Source: Paraphysomonas bandaiensis
Lineage: Eukaryota; Protista; Chrysophyceae
Length of the DNA: 64,000 bases
Direction of reading: 5' to 3'
NCBI GenBank assembly: GCA_965644295.1
Contig: CBFFRP010000034.1
Span: 1-64,000, forward strand
How positions within the stretch are numbered: position 1 is the first letter of the stretch; every line of letters starts with the position of its first letter. The position numbers and the translations under genes are program-made. The notes under the pieces were generated by a model. That model was not told the origin of the DNA, made no database searches, and was given only the letters and a program-made list of their open reading frames with translations. Below are positions 36,618 through 50,078 of the stretch, piece by piece.

Positions 36618-38348
36618 ATGTTCCAGGACATTTTGCATAGCCTTCAGAACCAGTACACAGTTGGCGAATTCCGCCATGACCTCGCACTGGTGCGATACAT
36701 TAACCAAGTCAGTCGTGCGAGGAAGATTAATATAGCTCAGTTGCTTGTATGCAAATGGTCAGATATTGCCCCCACAGAGGGAGAATTGTCCAGTATGCCT
36801 CTTCTTAAGGACCTCATACACATGGTTGACTCACGGGTATCTCTTCATGGTGGAGAAGAGGAATCGAAGAACTCGACCGACGGTCACAATATGCCTATGT
36901 GTGCACCACCGGTGCATACACCCACTGAAGGTTCTGAGACGGTTTTGCGTCCAATTGAAGCGCGCTTTAAGCTCCTCCAGCTTCTCAACAAGGCACTTTC
37001 TACTACTGTTCCTTTCTTTGACTTGTGCACTGTAGATAAGCCTTGGAGCGTTGCGAGTTTGCTCTCCGCTTGTCGCGGACTTGTATTTGAAGCCACCAAG
37101 CAACCTATATGGGACGCCGGTATGGCCGCAACAAATTGCTCCAACTCCTCCACATTTGATCTCAAATTATCACGATCTCGAGCTGCCAAATTTCACCGGA
37201 CTGGTCAAGTTGACAACGAGGGTCGTTGGATGGTCTTTTCGCAGGCATTCCGAGTACTACACACAATGCCCCCTAGCGCTCTTCGGCGAAGTGATAAAGT
37301 GTACAATTGCACTTTCATGGGGGAGAGGGCCCATGATGCAGGTGGGCCTTATCGTGAGTCGTACGCAATGATGGCGCTGGAGCTGCAAAGTCACGCATTG
37401 CCACTCCTCATCCGTACGCCAAACAGTCGTCATAATGTGGGGCAAAATAGAGAAAAATGGGTCTTAAACCCGGGGGCTACGAGCTCACTTCATATGGATA
37501 TGTTCTGTTTTCTTGGAAAACTTATGGGCATTGCTGTTCGTACGAAGGAATACCTGGCGTTGGACATACCGTCAATTATATGGAAACTCCTTGTCAATGA
37601 AACGCCTACTCGTGAGGATCTTGAGGGAATTGATCTATTCAAAGTACAGTCACTTGATAAAATGAGAAACATTCATTTGCACCAAGTGGATGCAAGTACA
37701 TTCAGTAGTGTTTTCTACGAGACATTCACGACTGTAACAACTGACGCGCGAACTGTTGAACTCCTTCCGGGGGGAGCAGAGAAAGATTTGACGTTTGAAA
37801 ATCGTGATTACTACTGTGACTTAATCGAGCACTATCGACTGCACGAATTTGATGCCCAGGCCGCTGCTGTGCGCCGAGGTCTAGCTGCAATGCTTCCTTA
37901 CCGCCTGTTGTCGCTATTTACATGGGACCAGTTAGAGGAGATGGTCTGTGGAAGGCCAATTATTGATGTCGCTCTGTTACGATCTGTGACAGAGTATTCC
38001 TCGTGCTCTTCGACTGATGAGCACGTTCAGTACTTCTGGCAAGCGATGGAGGAGTTTACTAACGAAGAGCGATCAATATTTATTCGGTTTACGTGGGGGA
38101 GGTCCAGACTTCCACTCACTGCGGACGCCTTCCCTCAGCGGTTCAAGCTGCAGAGCTTTGGGAAGAGTCCACCAGATGCATACCTTCCGGTCGCACATAC
38201 TTGCTTCTTTAGTCTCGAATTGCCGCGATACAGTACGCTGGAAATAATGAAAGAAAAACTTAGGTATGCAATTTTCAACTGCCAGGCGATAGATGGAGAC
38301 GATACCAGTGTTGGTATGCAGGCTGCCTCTATGGGGTGGGAGGACTAA
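36618..38348 (+). pseudogene. Duplicated C-terminal 576 aa of the E3 ligase with an intact HECT domain, directly behind the 3' LTR (pseudogene or LTR-driven mini-gene)
   Basis: Identical to 25523..27253; ATG lies 10 bp after the LTR end. Confidence 0.8.
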
Positions 38349-38575
38349 GATGTTCTACGACTTAGGTCAGCGGTGAAATCATAGTCACAATGTGTGTTGC
38401 AACTAAGCGTAATTCTATTTCAAGTGTAGTCATGTAAATGCTTCATAACTGCCCACCTATAATAACGAGAAATGTTGCGGCCTATATTGTATGCTCTGAG
38501 ATAATTTAGTGGGTAAGTTTTCATGAAAAGTAGTATATAATGTAGATAGGGAAGTACCATTAGGATAAGGGTTTC

Positions 38576-39235
38576 CAGGGCTGCGAAACAGTTGTCAATT
38601 AATTGACGCAGGTTGTGTCGATTATAATTGCAATTTTTTCTTACTGTCTCAGTTAATTGATACCAAACTACGTATATACTAAGTAGCTATACGTTAGCTG
38701 CCAACATAGCTTTTTCAACTGTAATTTTATTCCAAAGGTGACGTTTAATGAGTAAAAACGTAAGTAATTCTAAATGCTGAGTAGTCATCAGTCATAACAA
38801 TATCTGCTCTACTGAATAATCTTTCAACATTATTCGTTGTGGCATCAGCAAGTGCTTCATGCTGCGGTATCGAGTTTTCTTGTGAAGGTGTGCTCGCTTC
38901 GGCTGAATTATCATAATTCAAACGTTGCGCTGTGTTGTCATTCTGTACTCTACTCTCACTGTCATCACCTTCTTCATCCCCATTGAGCAAAAACATTTTA
39001 ATTTAATTCATTTCCGTCCGGGTAAGGCTTCGTTGCCACTTTGAACGTTCACGACTGCCTTTTCGTAAGCAGCGTTATGAATAATAGAAGCATTGTCGCC
39101 CAGATTATGCTCGACAATCGGGTGCCTATTTTTGAGTTCGTCAAACAATGTACAAACGTCGTGGAGATCGAGCGGATGAGCGCCTTCTTTCTGTAGTTCT
39201 ATTAGAACACACTTAAAGAATTTCAAATCGTCCCG
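38576..39235 (-). mobile_element. Duplicate of the hAT-like remnant
   Basis: Identical to 27481-28140 at offset +11095. Confidence 0.7.
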
Positions 39236-39605
39236 AAACTGCCCTGCTGGGCGTACTCCATATCACTTGATAGTAACTAGTTAGTAGAGTTACAACATGA
39301 TGATGGAAACCCAAAAACATGAATATCGAACATGAGTAGCGTTCTTCGTTGAAGGTAATTATCATAATTGTTCGATATTATAAGAATATATGACTTAAGT
39401 GATTACGAAGAGTAATATATGATTCATCAAATCTATTTTCAAAGACACACGAGCACAATGAACAATACATACCAATACGTTGCAATATATATCGAGGCCA
39501 AACTTTGCTAAAAATAATAAATATATAGTAGCCAGCAAAAATAAATAATAGCAATATTCTATAGAAATAATATATTGCAATCCAATATATTTTTACCTGG
39601 CCCTG

Positions 39606-41460
39606 CTTATCGCCACTTCAATATTTTTCCATTTCCGCATCTTTGATGCTTCCGTCCACACGTCCCATTTTTAGCTGTATATGTTATCATATGTGCTAAA
39701 CAGTACGGCATCTACACCCTCCAACGTTTCACCAAACCATCGAATATGCCAGTTGATCTGTGCGTCCATCAAACTGTATTTGTGAGGTAAACATGGCAAC
39801 TGCTTATCGAAAACAAGGTGCCCCACTGGAACTTCCTGGAGAAGGTTGTAATCAGCGATCATGCGGAGTATCCTGTCAAGGTGCCCTCAAGAGCCATTAA
39901 TTCATACCTATCAAAGGACGCTGGACAAAGATTGTTCACAGCGTGCAGCATGACTCGATAAAGCAACTCGATTGTACCAGGCACAATTTGGCTTACGACT
40001 AATATGAAATTTTCCATGTATTGCGCCAGTTTAACATCTTGCTGGTTCTCACCATGAAACTTTGCAATACTTTCATTCACTCGTGCGATGTCTATTCCAG
40101 ACTCGTGACACCAAGGGTCATACATCGAGTCATAAAACATCGCTAACTGCTAAAAAGGCTTCAGAAATTATGATGCGAAAAGCTGGATCTTCGTAATAGA
40201 GACTCGGAAGGGCGGGTATACCAACTAATTCATTGGAATTCACGTAACCATCTCGAAGTGAAGTTAACGTCCTTTCTATACACCCCCGCTGCGGAGAAAC
40301 AACTGGAGTATACCTTCCTCACTACACTCCCCAAATTCAAACAATTCAAGCATGTTGACAAACTGATTTTTTCGTCGAACTGGGTGCACATTGAGTTCTG
40401 TGTAGACACTGTCGCTGAGAGAAGTATATTCGTCAAAGCCATATGCGTCGGGGTACAGAGCCCATCGGACAATGTTTCAACTTGCACAGGCCGCTATATG
40501 CCAAAACAGTTCATATCTTTACCCAGTAACACTATTCTGCCTAATTACATTATGTCTCCATTCAATTTTTTTCATTGTTTCTCTATCTGCACCATCAGGA
40601 ATAACTTCATAGAGTTTGTGAAATTCGTTTGCACAAAGGAAATGATCCCCTTTTTAAGATTACTTTGAACATACTCTAAGAGTTGATCTCAATAGTCGGC
40701 ACTTCGATTAATTTCAGTTAACAATAGCTCCATAGAGTAGTGTGTTGCCTTTGCCCAGTCCTGGAGAGTTCTATATAACACAGCTGACAACCATGATCGT
40801 CGTCTTGCCAATAATACCAACCGGGCCGCAATATGGTGAACACATTTACTGTGACCTGAACTATTGCTTCACTTCCCCTGCCCCCGTTTCCAAGGCCCTC
40901 TCGACTTTTTGATTGTTTGTTGGAGATTTTTCTACCCATTGATAAACGGAACGAGTTTTTAACGCCTATTGCTAAATAAAAAGACATTCAATATATATGA
41001 TAAACTGACACTCTCAAGATCAAACTTCCGTTTAGGGATGGTGTGTTGCTTACATCCGCTTCTGTAGATGGCAAGAGCTCGTTCTCCTGCTGGCAACCCG
41101 AGCATATAAAATGCCAACCACTCCGATGGATATTCGGAACCAGTGTATAAATTCCTCTGGCTACGTCTCGCCGGGAAGGAATTGAATGGAACATAGCATT
41201 GATGTTTCGATCCCTTGTTGGATATGTCCGGAGTACATCAAAGAAACATCGTAGGCCAACTCGTATAGAACGCCACATCTTTGCATCCGGTTTGAAGTTC
41301 GTTGTCACTGAGTTGCAGGAAATTCCAGAGACAAGATTGATTAATGAGTTTTTGAGGGATATTGCTTCTTTACTCTTGTCTTTCTCAGTCAGACACTTTA
41401 TCGGTTCTACAACCTCGTTAACTGATGGAACTCTTTGTGGAATGGGAACTCATCATTAGA
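39606..41460 (-). pseudogene. Decayed gene, probably a P-loop NTPase
   Basis: Chain of short minus-strand ORFs broken by stops and frameshifts; CGPVGI(I)GKTTIM Walker A-like peptide at ~40792-40830. Confidence 0.45.
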
Positions 41461-42332
41461 TGCCTGATTTTCCTCATTGCTTCCTATCTCAGGTGTGTGT
41501 ACATCTACACAATGCTATCAGTAAATATTAATCACTAAGAGCAAGTGTCATTTATCTTGAGCTTCAGAGACATTGCAACAGGTTCTTCCGGCAATCCTCA
41601 GAATGATCCATGGTTCTCATTTAGCTTAATGTGATTATTTTTATTGCAAGAAGTGCATGCATTTCACACAAAAACCTACCCTCAATTACCCCAACCCACT
41701 CCAGGTAAAATGGCTAAATGTGGGATAATATTATTTACTGTTAGAATTGGACATTTTACTGAAGTTAACTTTACTCTACACGTAAATCTGAATCTTGCTT
41801 TGTTGAACACGATGCATTTTCAAGTAAGATATTATAATTATTTTACTCTGAACACTTCACTACATATTCGTGTAACATCTCGTAAATCACCTGTTCTCAG
41901 CAACACCTGTTTATCATATGTTCACTAGTCACTCCTATATCTCATATAGTCCCAGTTCAGTAGCTCAATTTAATTTCTTTGTAACTAATCACCCGTTAGG
42001 TTGGGGTAAAATAGCATAAACAAGCAAGGAAAGATAACCTAAATTACCCCTCGATTTTTCTTATTAGAAAGTTATTGGGGGAGGGTAACTTCTTCCACGG
42101 TCAGAATACCTCTCGCTTATATGAAAGCACCCTTACTGTGTGAGTTTAACTTCAGTTATTTAAGCTTTTTCACAGCCAAATATCAAATGTCCGATGTAGT
42201 ATGTATACCAATAAGATCATCCATGTACCACAATACCAGCAACTTGCGTAATTCATATAGAAACGAAATTAATAATAAAAGTTACAGATAAAATATTACA
42301 CGAATCTACATCCACAGCAATCACACCCAGTT

Positions 42333-45320
42333 CTAAACTTCAAATTGATGATCTGGCGGAGTATTTGAGAGTGCTTCTTTTGCCTGTAGCGATTCCTGTT
42401 TAAAGTGATAAAGCGCTTTCATCCAATTTACTGCTTCTTCATTTCCTACTCTACTCCGAACTATCCACTGAAAAAGAGATGGTTCACTTTCACCGAACTT
42501 TGGCGGGCGACGAACCGATTCAGTTCTGAACGTTAAACGCATGAGTCCAGTGGAGTTGAGATCCACATCAGCAGCAACACAATCTGTCCATGCCACGATT
42601 TTAAGAAATATACAAGCAAACTATCGCTTACCACTTAAGTCTAGAAACAAGAAGTCATCGCCATCCGCCCCCCTCCCTTTTGAATTAGAATAATTCTGCA
42701 AGCGATGTATACACAAAGACGCGCAATCCACAGTCAACATCAGTAGTACGGAGCCATACTCGACCATGATGCTGGATCCACGAGTAGAATCTGTTTTGTT
42801 CACATCGTCTGCCTCTTCAAGAATCACGTAAACAAGAGATGAGGTACTGCGATTTCCAATTACGTACCAGATTGAGGAATGCTGCAATTACTGGATACCA
42901 GCTGTGAATGTTTCACAGAACCACACTCCGCTGGCGGAGAAGATGCACTCCTAGAAAACCAAGACTTTCTTGACTTGTCGTCTCTATCACAACTATCTGG
43001 ACGATTGTCAGAGTTTGTTTCTAGCTTTGATCGGTCCTCAGAATAATTCTGACTTTGTTCTATAGAACTTTTCAACTCATCTACCGATTTATCGTCGACA
43101 CAATCTACGGCACTACAACTACCAAAAGAGTAACTATCCCGCTGGCCAGGTGTCGTCTCTGCCATTTTCTCTGCCACGGGGTCATTTATTGGTTCACCAT
43201 CCCCAGGGTTATCTTCTCTGCCATCAACCACCAGAGAATCACTCTTCAACACACTATGTGTGGATTCTTTCCTATGGAAAGAAAGTCGGCGCCTTCCTAA
43301 CACACTCCGCTTTCTCGCCATGTCTGAGTCACTAACAGCACCCCCAGAATCATCTTGTGAGTGCGATCCTCCTGTTTTACTCAGTACTCCGGTCACAAAT
43401 GACGAAAGCCGGGCAAATGACCCTTTTCGCTTCATTTTTTCATTTCTTCCACGTACTTCCGAGTCAGATGCGTATTTGGCATCCGCATGAGAGCCAGGCA
43501 ATGTACCAACCGAGCTGCCTCGTTTGGTCACAACACGCTTTATAACGTCCCCGTCGCTAAGAGGATACTCTGGCATCGAACCTGATATATTGAATTGACC
43601 TAAGTGTTATGCTTAAATAACAGCAGGATTACCAGTTGAACTATCAGGGTAACCCTTGGGTTCAATATCGTTATTGACAGCGTCATGTTGCTGGTGGATT
43701 TGACCCGGATGAAGTACAGAATCAGACTGTTGCCTAACCAAGGGATCACCAGAGTCCGCGGCAGAAGTAGTAGACGTTTCGAAAAAGCTACTAACACTTG
43801 CATCTTTGGGGGAAGAGGCACCAGCGCTCTTCGCTCGCCTAACCACTTTCGAAACAGGAGGTTCAACAAGCACAGGGTCCCTATCCTTTACATATTGTTC
43901 GTGTGTGTAAGGTACAGTTAGGGCTTCTGGAGTAAAATGAGAAAAAACACCATGAAAAGGATAATACAAACATACCAATTGTCGACGACGGGGCTGCAAG
44001 CAAAGCTCGAAGATCGTCAATATGCCTACTACTCTCGGATGCTATATATGCGCCCACAATTGATGAGTGCAATATAAAACAATACAAAATACGATTTACC
44101 GTGCAACGTTCGCGAACAAAGTCTACTCTTTTCTGTCCACATATAACAATTATACTACTTTCATAATTGTCTACGCATCAAGTACCTGAACATGCGTCAT
44201 GCAAAAGCAAAGCTGCCCTAATAGCTTCGGTCCAGAGTCGAGATGTGTCAGCGGAGGGTACCACTGGGGTGAATTCTGATGAATCCTTACTAGCGATTAC
44301 AGTGAATGAGTAGCCGGAGTAATCATCCTGTTTCACATCGCGTATTGTGCTAAGCGGAAGAGTGTTGCTGGACACATGGGGGTCTAATTGTTCCTGCCCC
44401 GTTAGTGGGTCCTTTATCAACTAGTGCATGATACAGCGCTCAAATTCGAGATAGAACAAATAAATATGTTCACACCTTCAGTTTAATGGTTGAAAGCCGC
44501 AGACACCATTCCGAGGAATCGCGCGAATACCAGTCAATATACAAATATCTCTTCCGCATTTCTCCCCTGTCTGTAGAGACAGGTTTACGAATCACGTAGC
44601 ATCCACCTACGCGCAAATACATAACAAACATCAGACACGCAATCGAAATTACCTTCTACTTTACTAATCACCTCGGCTAGTCTATATTCCTTAGAAACAG
44701 ATATATATGCAATATATTTGACCAAAAATTTTTGCCAGTCTCTTCTCTCTGCATCGGTGAGGAAGACAAGAACAAACGGTCTTCTAGTAGCATGAGATAC
44801 CCTTGGCATACAAATCACAGCAACTCAGCACAGCATATATCGGCTTATATACCTCAGTTCAAACCCATCAACATCTTTACGTCCTTTCAATGAAAAACTT
44901 TTTCGATTATCGTTGGGTAGTTCCAGTGAGCAATGATTGAGAGGAATAGTACCTTTAGGTTTGACGGCATTAGCATCTTGGAAGTAGGTCATCAGACCAC
45001 CTCTGACGATGAAATATCGCTTTTTCCAACTCACAAGATTACTGTCACCTATATACATATCTCAATATTTATTACATATCTCATATACTATCTACAATAT
45101 ACTACTAACCTTTCATGAATTCTCCATCTTTAAATCCTGGTGGTTCCTCAGGTAATCTCAATAAATCATCACGAGTAACAGATATTTTTTTCTCGCCATC
45201 ACATATCCATGCATCATAATGATTCTTTTCTCCTTGTCCACTACATGTCCATGCAGTACGTACACCATTACCATAATCTATTGCAGTTTCATATGTATCA
45301 TGTGGTATAGTAGTTGTCAT
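42333..45320 (-). CDS. Multi-exon PH-domain protein (2-3 PH-like domains and a low-complexity Ser/Asp-rich linker)
   Basis: VSWKKRYFIVRGGLMTYFQD...PKGTIPL and ERRDWQKFL; further PH-like closing helices LWTEAIRAAL and EAVNWMKAL. Confidence 0.8.
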
Positions 45321-45926
45321 GTGTATAGACTCTATAATGATGTCTATTATATATAAAAAGATACCTTAATTAAAAGAATTTAAGTGTTAATATGCATATA
45401 ATAAGACCCTTGTGTTCATAGATGATAGTTTGTTGTATATATGTTATACTTAAGGATATAGTCTCACTTATGGTAAGTTATGTCGGCTGCTATACTAACA
45501 TATACATACATACAGACTAACTGTGTATGTGTAGGGAATGTCATAGAGAATTCCTGTACAAATAGCGATAACCTAATGTTTGAAATAAAATCGTATATTT
45601 TATATGATCACTTGAGATAAAAAATGTACTTTTCAGAAAAAAACTAAGAAATTGATCAAAAACATCATGTTTTAATAAATATAGTATATAAAACATATGG
45701 CTAAACAAATCGAATAAAAATCTAGAAATTTGCTTGACTATATATTTACCTACAACAACACTATACAGTTAATTGATTGGTTGATTTTATTGGTTGCAGT
45801 TGATTTCAATGGAAGTGAAGAAAGTCATAATGAAGTGGCTGTTTGATAGGATGTTGTAGTATATATTATCAGATTGCTTCATAATCATATATAAGAAGAT
45901 TATATAGAATTATTAGTATCAATATA

Positions 45927-48532
45927 ATGAATAATGATGAACAAGAGACTATGGAACCAGTGATATCTACACCGGATGAATTGGGAATCACTGAAGTGGA
46001 GAGTATGTGTATGAGTTGTGGAGAGAATGGGCTTACTAAGTTCCTTATGCATAAAATACCATATTTTCGGGAATTAATTATTGCTTCATTTGAATGTGAG
46101 CATTGTGGTGAAAGAAATAATGAGGTTACATTCGGAGGAGAGATTCAGATACAAGTATGAGATGTAGTATATAGTATCACCTCTACTGTGTACTTATATA
46201 TATAATACACAGGGATCGATATACGAATTAGAGTGTACTAACGCCAAAGATTTGGATCGTCAATTGATTAAATCGGATAGTGCTTCTGTATACTTTCCTT
46301 CCTTGGATTTTGAGATTCCACCGAAAACACAGAAAGGTGAAATATCAACTATTGAGGGTTTCTTAACCACTGCGGCTCGAAATCTGAGTCTCTATCAGCG
46401 AGAGAGAATGGCGGAAAACCCAGAAGTGGGCGCCAAGGTTGCTGAGATTATAGGTGTGTGTGCTTTCCTATGTTGTTGTCGATTTGACCATCTGACAGTT
46501 GAATTGGGCCGGATGTCCAGTGGTGTGAGCTTCCCGTTCAAAATCGTCGTAAATGACCCGGCCGGTAACTCCTTTGTTGAAAACCCCTTTGCCCCAAAAT
46601 CCGATCCTAAAATGCGTGTACGCCACTACCATCGGTACGTATTCATGCACTTGATGGACGTTTTCTGAAGTGCTTATGCCTGTAGCACACCTGAACAGGA
46701 CATATCTCTCGGACTCCAACCAGAGCACGGCATCTACCGGAAAGATGAGGATACCAATTTCAAGTCTCTCATCGAGGGGCGCGGAGGATTCGGTGGAGAG
46801 AAAAATGTTGCAACACAGGATGAGGTTCCTCCGAGTGGAGGTGGGGAAGGAGACGGAGCAGAGCCCTTGGGGCGAAGTGAGGCAGTCAGCATCCCGCAGA
46901 ACTGCCCAAACTGCAATCATCCGGGAGAATGCCTCACTGCTCTCACAGATATACCACATTTCAAAGAGGTATGTTCTGCTATTACTGAATGCTTGCGAAT
47001 TGATGAAGTGATATCTAACGTTGATGGCGGCTCCATTTGCAGGTTATCATTATGGCGTTCACATGTTCTCAATGTGGCTATAAGAACAGTGAAGTTAAAG
47101 GTGGCGGAGCGGTTCCTACTCTCGGAACTGAGGTACAGTAATCTCTTATAGTAATTTTGTTTGGCTAATGTACTCTTGTTGAAGGTTACTTTGCATGCGA
47201 CATCTGCAGACGACCTGAAAAGGTGAGGTGCTGTATCTGTGGAGTTTTCTCCTTTCTAACACCGTTCCTCGAATCTCAGAGATGTGTTGAAGTCAGACAG
47301 TGCCATGGTGCGCATACCAGAATTAGACCTTGAACTGCAGTATGGAACATTAGGAGGAGTCTACACCACGGTGGAGGGTCTACTGCAAAAAATTGAGGCC
47401 AGTCTGAGGTATGGAACCCATGCTTATGCGATGCTGTTTTAATAGTGAGCACAGGGACTGTAACCCGTTTGCCCTGGGTGACTCAACTAGGCTTCATCAC
47501 TCAGAGGCTCTCAAGACAGAGAATGTAAGTTGTCTATTACATAGAAAACATGAGCTTACACTGTCACATAGGCCACAGATAGGTTTATTGTCGTTATGGA
47601 CCATCTCAAAGAGGTTTACTCAGGTATGATTTCAATTTCATCCATATCAATAAATCCCTAGTCCAGGTCAAAGATTTCCCTTCACTCTTGTCCTGCGAGA
47701 TCCGTTGGGAAATAGCTTTATTTCCGCACACATTGGTGAGAAGTCAACATTGTGTTTATTGGGTCTTTGCTCACATCATGTCCGCTATCAGGGTCTTTTA
47801 TTCCACCCGAGGCTGACTCAGGACTCTCCATTGAGGATTTTCAGCGCACTTGGGAAGAGGTGAATGCCCCATACTTGCTATATATCATGCTAATTTTTTG
47901 TATAGAACGAGGAATTTGGCTTGAATGATATGAACACAAAAGACTTTGAAACTGGCGTGAGCTACGACGACGGACCAATATTGTCTGATAGACTGACACA
48001 TGTTTTGCCCAAAGGTATACCAATAGCTTTGGTGCATTTTTGTGTGTCGTCCTTCAGCTAATGAATGAATGAAGTCTAATCTTATCTGTATTCAATAGGA
48101 GCGGATCATCCAACTCCTTTTGCCCAAGGCGTTAAGGATTCTACACCCTCAGGTGTCTACTTTGACACTCCTGTAGCAGGACCTGCTCCTGAACCATACA
48201 TTGACGACACGGGGAAAAAAGTTGGATGGACTTCTGTGGGACCCTCTTGGGGTCCGGTAGATATGGCCAAGGAGTTGGGCTGTCCAGCTCCTAACAATGA
48301 GGAATCTAACGATGATGCCCCCGTTGTTGATGGGCGCAGACATTTCAATGAGCGGGATTTTACCCTTAAATTTTCAGCTAGGGAAGAGTTTGGCGGGGCT
48401 AGACCTGGTTTTGTTTTCAGGCTTGGGGCCCAAGGACTCGGCTATTATGAAGATGTCGGTATTGCTGATGATAAAAGTTCAAGTACAGTGGATAGAGAGT
48501 CACCAGTAGAAGCGCAGGACGAGAAAAAGTAA
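45927..48532 (+). CDS. ZPR1: Zinc finger protein ZPR1 (multi-exon) with a C-terminal extension
   Basis: ESMCMSC...IPYFRELII..FECEHCGERNNEV, DRQLIKSDSA, ISTIEG, DPAGNSF; second finger CPNC...IPHFKEV...CSQCGYKNSEVKGGG, LGGVYTTVEGLL. Confidence 0.95.
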
Positions 48533-49306
48533 TACAGCGTGCTGGTAACTTATCGTATCAGTAGATAGTGTGGTATAATAATTATGCTTATTTGCTGTAG
48601 AAATAACTTAGTGAAGGTTGAAAGTTAATAACATATCTATTTAAAACCCAAGAGGTTGAGATATTTTGTGTATCATGTGCACTTTGCCCAAACTGTCAAG
48701 TGATTTGGTGATCTTATGTCTTTTTCATATGGTTGTCCCTACACGTTTTCCTATCTCACATTGTCAGATAAAATGTTGTTCTTTTGCACACTATTGATGC
48801 CACTTGATTCACGGAATAACGTATTTCCCTGTTTGTTGTATGACAGAGCCTGTACGTGTATTGGCTCAGTGTAGAATATGACAACGTACTTATATTTTCG
48901 ATCGGAGTCCATCGGATAAACAGCAATCAATATTACCGCATCGATAGCTGGTGATAGTGATACAGTTGTCATTGCACAGTAATTACTTCCATTCGAGGAA
49001 TGTGTACGACATATGTACAACTGGAAACATGACTGTGTTGTTGCAATTGTTGTAACTATTTTTTTGTAGGTTCATTTTTTTAGTTAACCAATTGAACCAA
49101 TAGAAATGGTTTTACATATTTTGTAGGATGTTGATTGGTGGATTCTTTTATTGGTGGCGAAGAAAGCATGACAGTTTATTATATGGGTAGTATATGCATG
49201 TATATGTGATATCATGCACACTGTTGTGTTAGAATTAAACTCAACACTTCCAAATCGGATACATTCATCTTCTGTTTAATTAACTGTATCAGAAGATTAT
49301 CTTATC

Positions 49307-50078
49307 ATGGCATCGATGTTGGTGACAAAGAAAACCCTTAAATCAATGGGAGGGAAAATGAATGAAAGTTCTGGTAGTGCAGTCTCTGCATTCGCTCGTA
49401 GACAAATGGAGAAGTTTGGATGGACAGAGTGAGATAACAAATCAATAACAATGTATATGACTAATCTTATTGAATTATTAGGGGTAAAGGTCTAGGAAAG
49501 AATGAAGATGGTATTCAAAAACACGTGAAAATAGTAAAACGCGACGAAAACACTGGGGTAATTCTAACAGATTGGCTTGTAATAGTGTGTAATGCTTGTC
49601 ACAGTTAGGTAGCGAAGCGAAGCCTGTTGATCCAGAGGCTGAAACCTGGTGGCATGATGCTTTTGCGAATGCTTTAAGTAAAGTGTCGACAAAGAAGAAA
49701 AGAAAACGCTCTGAACAGTCCAGCAGTTCTCCACCTACATATGATGAGCTCTTTGCTGCCACTGGTGGTGTAAGACTTGGCATGCGAGCCAGAGCTGATC
49801 AAGTTGGTAAATTGAGTAGAGTTAATGATTTCCCTGAAATACAAAAAGTTTCAAGAACTGCAGAATCCAGCGATGTGGCCAGTTCCAAATCGGACTCTGA
49901 ATCTGGCTCTCCATCGACCTGTATCAGTAATGGAACAACGGAGCAACAAAGCAGCAATTCTATAGAGCAGACAAAGGATAGAAAAGAGAAGAAAAGCAAG
50001 AAAGAGAAAAAAGAGAAGAGTAAGAAGGAGAAGAAAGAAAAAAAGCTAAAGAAGTCAAAGTCGAAAAGAGAGAAATGA
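49307..50078 (+). CDS. G-patch domain protein with Lys/Glu-rich tail (GPATCH4/Tma23/Pxr1-like, ribosome biogenesis)
   Basis: FARRQMEKFGWTE|GKGLGKNEDGI across introns; WWHDAF; YDELFAATGGVRLGMRARA; KKEKKEK tail. Confidence 0.88.

Larger units (their letters stand above)
29442..40539 (+). repeat. Tandem segmental duplication, unit 2, containing the LTR element
   Basis: Junction ...CACTATT-CTG-TTGGACC with 3-bp CTG microhomology (23928-30, 29442-44, 40537-39). Confidence 0.95.

Noticed and set aside
41660-42145. Inverted repeat TTACCCCAACC/GGTTGGGGTAA as a MITE
   Set aside because: Only 11 bp, with no definable ends or TSD.
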